From: Kiritimatiellia bacterium
GTDB taxonomy: Bacteria > Verrucomicrobiota > Kiritimatiellia > RFP12 > JBMNHG01
Direction of reading: 5' to 3'
Length of the DNA stretch: 20,000 nucleotides
Assembly: GCA_050950285.1 (NCBI GenBank)
Contig: JBMNHG010000011.1
Coordinates: 366,794 to 386,793, forward strand
The stretch's first letter is position 1. Each line of letters opens with the position of its first letter. Below the pieces are notes generated by a model. That model ran no database searches, was not told the DNA's origin, and worked only from the letters and a program-made list of their open reading frames with translations. The position numbers and the translations under genes are program-made. Shown here in pieces: positions 14,891 to 20,000 of this stretch.

Positions 14891-17088
14891 AAACGCCTGT
14901 ATTCCGTTTTCTTAAGTTGGTTTTTAAGTTGGGTCGAACCAGTTGTTGGCTTATGCGTCAACAAGTCCGTCTCAGTGGTGGCATCTGGCCTGCCGTTCGC
15001 TACGCGGCAAAGCGAATACGCTCGCTTGGAATTCGCAAGTCGTTTCACTTGGTTTTAGATTATTCCCGTTCGTCAACGGGCATTGTCGAAACTCCCATTG
15101 ACTTGGCGGCGGGGGGGCAAGCGGTGGCATCAGAAGGAGGCTGGTCGGGATACGCGCTGCTGTCCGACAAGTTGTCCACACCCCGTCCTTCTCCGATTTG
15201 TTCTCCCGTGAAGCTTGCAGAGGTACCAGAAGAAAGATTCAACGAGGTATTGGAGCGCTTCAACTTTCCAGAGTACCACAAGCCCATTGTGTCGATCATC
15301 ATACCGTTCCACAACCAGGTCAAGTATTCTGTGGAGTGCCTGCTCTCCTTGTCGGAAACGGACGATGCCAGCACGCCGTATGAAATCTTGTTGGCGGACG
15401 ATGCTTCGAGTGAAAACAGTGTCACAGGACTTATGAATGTCAGACATGTCCGTTATCTCCGCAATCCGAGCAATCTAGGGTTTCTACACACCTGCAATCG
15501 GGCGGCGTCCGAAGCCAAAGGCCAGTATCTCGTATTTCTCAATAACGACACGCAAGTAACCCCAGGCTGGCTTAGTGCTTTGCTCGAAGTGTTCAAGGAA
15601 TGCCCCGATGCGGGTGCTGTTGGGCCTAAAGTGCTCTACCCGAGCGGGCACTTGCAGGAAGCCGGAGGGCTCTTGAGGGGCGACATGACAACGGAAATGG
15701 TCGGCGTGAACGACAATCCCGATCATCCGTGTTTCAACATCCGCCGTGCAGTTGATTATTGCTCCGGCGTTTGTCTGATGGTTGAACGTGAAGTATTCCT
15801 GTCTGTCGGCGGATTTTCCGACGAATTTGCGCCAGCTTACTACGAGGACGTGGACCTTTGTTTGAAGTTGAGGACGACCGGGCGTCGAATCTACTATCAG
15901 CCAAAATCGGTCGTCGTGCACCATTTGAGCAAGTCGCACGCGACTCCTGGCAACACCCTGAAGAACAAACTGATTTGCCGAAACCGTCAAAAGATGGTTG
16001 AGAAATGGCAAGCCTTCGTCGATCATTCGGCACGGACACGTCAAATCGCCTTTTACCTGCCACAGTATCATCCCATACCGGAGAATGACCGCTGGTGGGG
16101 CAAGGGCTTCACCGAATGGCGAAATGTTGCCGCCGCCACGCCTGTTTTCGATGGGCATGTTCAACCAAGACTCCCTGGTGATCTGGGTTTCTACGACCTT
16201 CGTGTGCCGGAAGTCATGGAGCAACAGGCTGAATTGGCCCAACGGTATGGTATCACTGGGTTTTGCTACTATTACTATTGGTTTGGAGGCAAGCGGCTTC
16301 TGGAAATGCCGCTAGAGCGAATGCTGGACACGGGGAAACCCGACTTCCCCTTCTGCCTGTGCTGGGCAAACGAAAACTGGACTCGCCGCTGGGACGGTCA
16401 AGACAAGGAAGTTCTGCTCGCGCAATCCCATTCGCCCGATGATGACGAAGCGATCATTCGCGACTTGATCCGTTATTTGCGCGATCCCCGGTACATCCGC
16501 ATCAACGGGCGCCCCCTGCTGTTGGTGTATCGAACGTCGCTGCTGCCCGACATGCGCAAAACCGGCGAACGGTGGCGCCAGGCATGCCGGAGGGAAGGCC
16601 TTGGGGAAATCTATTTGGCAGGTGTAGAGTCGCTTGGCGTCAATTTAGAAGGCGATCCCGGTGTTGATGGAATCGATTTCACGGTTGCATTCCCCCCGCA
16701 TGGCACGCCCTATTCCAATCGATCCAAGACGCTGAAGCTCCGGCGGGAAGCGCTCGTCTACAACTACCTTGACATGGTCCAACACTTTGTAAACCGGAAG
16801 AACTTCAGCCCGAAGCGCTTTCTAAGCGTCTGCCCTGGATGGGACAACACACCCAGGCGGAAGACGGGCAGCACTGTTTTCACGGGTTCAACACCCGGCT
16901 ATTTTCAAGCGTGGCTGGAGTGGACGATCGACCAGACGCGCCGCTTCCACCAAAATGACGAACGGCTGGTTTTCATCAACGCCTGGAACGAATGGGCGGA
17001 AGGCGCCGTGTTGGAGCCGGACTCCCTGAATGGCCACGACTATCTGGAAGCAGTTCGCAATGCCATCCACAACTCGACCGTGCGATAA
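14887..17088 (+). CDS. GT2 glycosyltransferase + WbsX/GH99-like domain, 733 aa
   Basis: VSIIIPFHN, ADDASS, NLGF, FLNNDT, YYEDVDLC (GT2). IAFYLPQYHPIPENDRWWGKGFTEW, GFCYYYYWF, CWANENWTRRWDG, PGWDNTPR, FINAWNEWAEG (WbsX-like). ATGA overlap with the upstream gene. Confidence 0.92.
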   Translation: MKTPVFRFLKLVFKLGRTSCWLMRQQVRLSGGIWPAVRYAAKRIRSLGIRKSFHLVLDYSRSSTGIVETPIDLAAGGQAVASEGGWSGYALLSDKLSTPRPSPICSPVKLAEVPEERFNEVLERFNFPEYHKPIVSIIIPFHNQVKYSVECLLSLSETDDASTPYEILLADDASSENSVTGLMNVRHVRYLRNPSNLGFLHTCNRAASEAKGQYLVFLNNDTQVTPGWLSALLEVFKECPDAGAVGPKVLYPSGHLQEAGGLLRGDMTTEMVGVNDNPDHPCFNIRRAVDYCSGVCLMVEREVFLSVGGFSDEFAPAYYEDVDLCLKLRTTGRRIYYQPKSVVVHHLSKSHATPGNTLKNKLICRNRQKMVEKWQAFVDHSARTRQIAFYLPQYHPIPENDRWWGKGFTEWRNVAAATPVFDGHVQPRLPGDLGFYDLRVPEVMEQQAELAQRYGITGFCYYYYWFGGKRLLEMPLERMLDTGKPDFPFCLCWANENWTRRWDGQDKEVLLAQSHSPDDDEAIIRDLIRYLRDPRYIRINGRPLLLVYRTSLLPDMRKTGERWRQACRREGLGEIYLAGVESLGVNLEGDPGVDGIDFTVAFPPHGTPYSNRSKTLKLRREALVYNYLDMVQHFVNRKNFSPKRFLSVCPGWDNTPRRKTGSTVFTGSTPGYFQAWLEWTIDQTRRFHQNDERLVFINAWNEWAEGAVLEPDSLNGHDYLEAVRNAIHNSTVR

Positions 17089-17094
17089 ACAACC

Positions 17095-18219
17095 ATGCCT
17101 GAAAACTTGTCCAACCCACCCGAACTTGTCTTGATCGGCCATCCGTTCGCTCCCAGCGGAATGGGGCAGCTCTTACGCTCCGCCATTGCCAGCTTCCGGG
17201 CAGCAGGCCGCTCTTTCCGCGTTCTGGATTGCCATGGTTATTTCCCCGAAGATCGAACGCTGGATCTCGAACTTGTTAAGAAACCAGGGCCGGGAATCAA
17301 CATCTTTCACATCAACGGAGATGAAGTCGAGCCGATCCTGAACAAGTTGGGCTCCCCCCCGGCAGGATCGTACAACATCATTTTCCCGGCGTGGGAGCTG
17401 CCTGTCTATCCCGAAGGATGGGCACGGCAACTCGACCGATTCGATGAAGTATGGGGCTTCTCCGAATTCGTGGTTGCTTCGCTAAAGGCGGCGGTGAATC
17501 GCACGGTGTTCCTCGCCCCGCTTTCCGTGGCCCCGGAGATACGCCACTACCATTCCCGCCGGAAATGGGGCATTTCGGCTTCGGCCATGGTCTTTTACTT
17601 TTCGTTTGACTGCTCGTCTTTTCCCGAACGAAAGAATCCTTGGGCCGTCATCGAGGCTTTTCGACGATTGCGGCAGCGCCGTCCCCTGGCGGACGTGCAA
17701 CTGGTTCTGAAGGTCGGTGGCGGCTCCCGGGATCCTAAGGCGTTGGAACGACTGCGTACGGAAACTGCGGCGCTCGGCTCATCTGCACTCCTGATTGATC
17801 GAACGCTTGACACAGAAGAGGCCAAGAGCCTGCTGATGGCTTGCGATTGCTACGTATCGCTTCACAGATCGGAAGGCTTTGGATTTTGTCTTGCGGAAGC
17901 CATGTATTTTGGTAAACCCGTCATTGCCACGGCTTATTCCGGCAACATGGACTTCATGACACCCGAGACGTCATTGTTGGTCGACTATCAATTGGTGCCA
18001 GTCCAGACGGGTGCATACCCCCATGGCGAAGGACAATGTTGGGCTGAGCCCGATATCGAGCAAGCGGCCGGGCATATGGCCCATCTAGTGGACAACCCCG
18101 AAGACGGACGAAGCATTGGCAAAAGAGCCAGTGCGCGAATTCGGTGCACGTTCAGCCCATTGGCAACGGGCTTGCAGTATGTCGAGCAACTTAACCCACG
18201 GGGGTCGATTCCTTCATAG
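17095..18219 (+). CDS. GT4 (GT-B) glycosyltransferase, 374 aa
   Basis: SGMGQ, AWELP, ERKNPWAVIEAF, and YVSLHRSEGFGFCLAEAMYFGKPVIAT (EX7E motif). Confidence 0.9.
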   Translation: MPENLSNPPELVLIGHPFAPSGMGQLLRSAIASFRAAGRSFRVLDCHGYFPEDRTLDLELVKKPGPGINIFHINGDEVEPILNKLGSPPAGSYNIIFPAWELPVYPEGWARQLDRFDEVWGFSEFVVASLKAAVNRTVFLAPLSVAPEIRHYHSRRKWGISASAMVFYFSFDCSSFPERKNPWAVIEAFRRLRQRRPLADVQLVLKVGGGSRDPKALERLRTETAALGSSALLIDRTLDTEEAKSLLMACDCYVSLHRSEGFGFCLAEAMYFGKPVIATAYSGNMDFMTPETSLLVDYQLVPVQTGAYPHGEGQCWAEPDIEQAAGHMAHLVDNPEDGRSIGKRASARIRCTFSPLATGLQYVEQLNPRGSIPS

Positions 18220-18297
18220 GCCGTTCACGCTTGCATCCAACGCCACGTTTTGTTTTGCCATTGCCGCCGACGAGTTTGCCGAAGCCTCTTGAGACAA

Positions 18298-20000
18298 ATG
18301 ATGATGAAAATTGATATTCTTAGCGAGGTCTCCCATAAATGCCGGAGAGCGAAGGACTGGGCGATTCGGACCCCGGGGTTTTGGGCCGTCGTTGCTTTTC
18401 TCATAGGCTTCACACGCCATTACCTGCCCTTTTTATATAACCTTGACGGCTTTATTTTTGGCGACATGACGGATGGCTATTTCAACCTTTGGGTTATGGA
18501 GCATGCGCGAAATTTCTTCACCTCCGGCGACCTTCAAGAATATATCAACACGAGGTTCTTTGTGCCTGACAACAAACTGGTGCTTTTCTGGTCTGACATG
18601 CTCCTATTCCCCAGCTTGTTGTATTCATTCTTGTTTTTGTTTGCCGGCAACATGATTGCCGCATACAACCTTACAACCTTGGCGCTCATAGGCATGGGGT
18701 TTTGGATTTCGTGGGATTTTTTCCGCACTGTTTACATTCATGCCGCATGTTTGCCGGAAAAAACGAATATCCCCGCTTCCATTGCAGCAAGCATTGCTCT
18801 ATTGACATATGTAACCATGTTCAGTGATTCGCGCCTGATGTTTACATTCCATTTCCAGAACCAGATGTCCAGTTTTGTTCTGCTTGGATTTTCTTGCGCA
18901 CTGCGTTATTCAAGAAACGCCGAGCCCCGTCAACCTTTGGGGCATATTGGGAACTTGTCTTATCTTGTTATACAGCGCCCCTTATTACGCGCTTTTCTTC
19001 GCCTTGCTGCTGGCTTTCTTTCTGCTGTTCTACACCAAGGCATTCGGCTTCAGGTCGGTGCTTCACAAAATTAAAGCTCAAGGCTGGATCGTGTTCGTTG
19101 CAATCGTGCTATGTGTTCCAGCAGGACTCGGATATCTTGCGATGCGAACAGGCTACGACAACCAAGACGCCTTTTGCAGTCAACTTCAGCATGTCTTTTT
19201 GCCCGATGCCTCCACGAGACTGGGCAGCCATCTTCAGCGTCTGGGATTCAACATGCCATCCTGCGGACACGAATCATTGGCGTATTCCGGCTTCTTCATT
19301 GCACCCGTGATGCTCGCCCTGTTGCTGGCGAAAAGCTGGCAACGAATACCCGCTCGATGGCACATCAAACCGCTCGCCTTTGTTTGTCTAGGCACAGTAA
19401 TTGTCGGGATCAGAAGCCTCATTGGACATGGGCGTCTGGCGAGTGCCTTTGACTGGATTGCACTGCTATCTGTACTTGCTGTTTTATGCATGACAGCGCT
19501 TGCCAGTCGCAGCCGACTTGCCCCCATCTGGCTTCTTCTGGCCGTTTTCGTCAGCTACGGCACCGCCTTGGGACCAACCCCTTCCCCCGTGCGGAACTTC
19601 AATCCCAGCCTGTGGGGCGTTCTTGCCGAAGTGGTGCCGGCTTATGACTCAATCCGTGCAGTGGGACGATTTGGGGCGCTTGGGTTTAGTTTTGCACTCG
19701 GACTATCCTGGTATGCGGCGATAACCCTGTCCATTCCCCGCCCATCAATCCGAGGCGGCTTCTTGGCCATGGCAGTTTTGCTTGGAGCTGTCGGTCTATC
19801 GGTTGTCGTCGATGTCCCGCGCGCACCGAACTGCAATCGATATGATTTCAGCGCACTGTCGCCAACACCATCCGAGAAGAAGTTCTTTGACGACAATCCG
19901 TGTCGCATCCTGATTCTGCCAGTGAACAACCTCAGTCTGATTCCGGGACACATGTTGTACTTCGAAAAGCTCCCGACCGTGGAGCTTGTCAACGGTTATT
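18298..20000 (+). pseudogene. Frameshifted polytopic GT-C/YfhO-like membrane glycosyltransferase, 3'-truncated by the window end
   Basis: Frame 1 from ATG 18298 has GDMTDGYFNLWVMEH, FFVPD and HFQNQ, and stops at 19074. Frame 2 is open from 18839 to the window end and reads QETPSPVNLWGILGTCLILLYSAPYYALFF...LGP...VPAYDSIRAVGRF...ILILP...LVNGY. A +1 shift near 18910 joins the two. This could be a real lesion or a sequencing error. Confidence 0.75.

Noticed and set aside
18894..19992. Small track ORFs 18894..19310, 19111..19452, 19234..19527, 19500..19724 and 19642..19992
   Set aside because: They are explained by the unlisted frame-2 reading that continues the GT-C gene.

Overview
High-GC bacterial window, tentatively PVC superphylum (Kiritimatiellae/Lentisphaerae-like), inferred only from protein style and not verified. 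From left to right it contains: a small 4-TM membrane gene behind a structured leader; a three-gene minus-strand operon of exported proteins coupled by ATGA overlaps (hypothetical protein, a NIDO-like/Ca-repeat/SGNH hydrolase, a WG-repeat protein); a rubrerythrin-like/VIT1 iron exporter; and a surface-glycan locus. The glycan locus has two divergent arms. The leftward arm is a PHP-phosphoesterase/type I phosphoribosyltransferase fusion coupled to a Wzx/MOP-type flippase. The rightward arm is wzm, wzt (with C-terminal CBM), FkbM-MTase/GT4, GT2/WbsX(GH99-like), GT4 and a frameshifted YfhO-like GT-C that runs off the window. The best candidate for an undescribed system is the PHP-PRTase fusion plus flippase, possibly with the GT-C. 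It could be an alternative PRPP-dependent glycan or lipid-carrier ribosylation pathway; this is a hypothesis. No rRNA, tRNA, CRISPR array or transposase was seen. All family assignments come from reading motifs by eye, with no database search.
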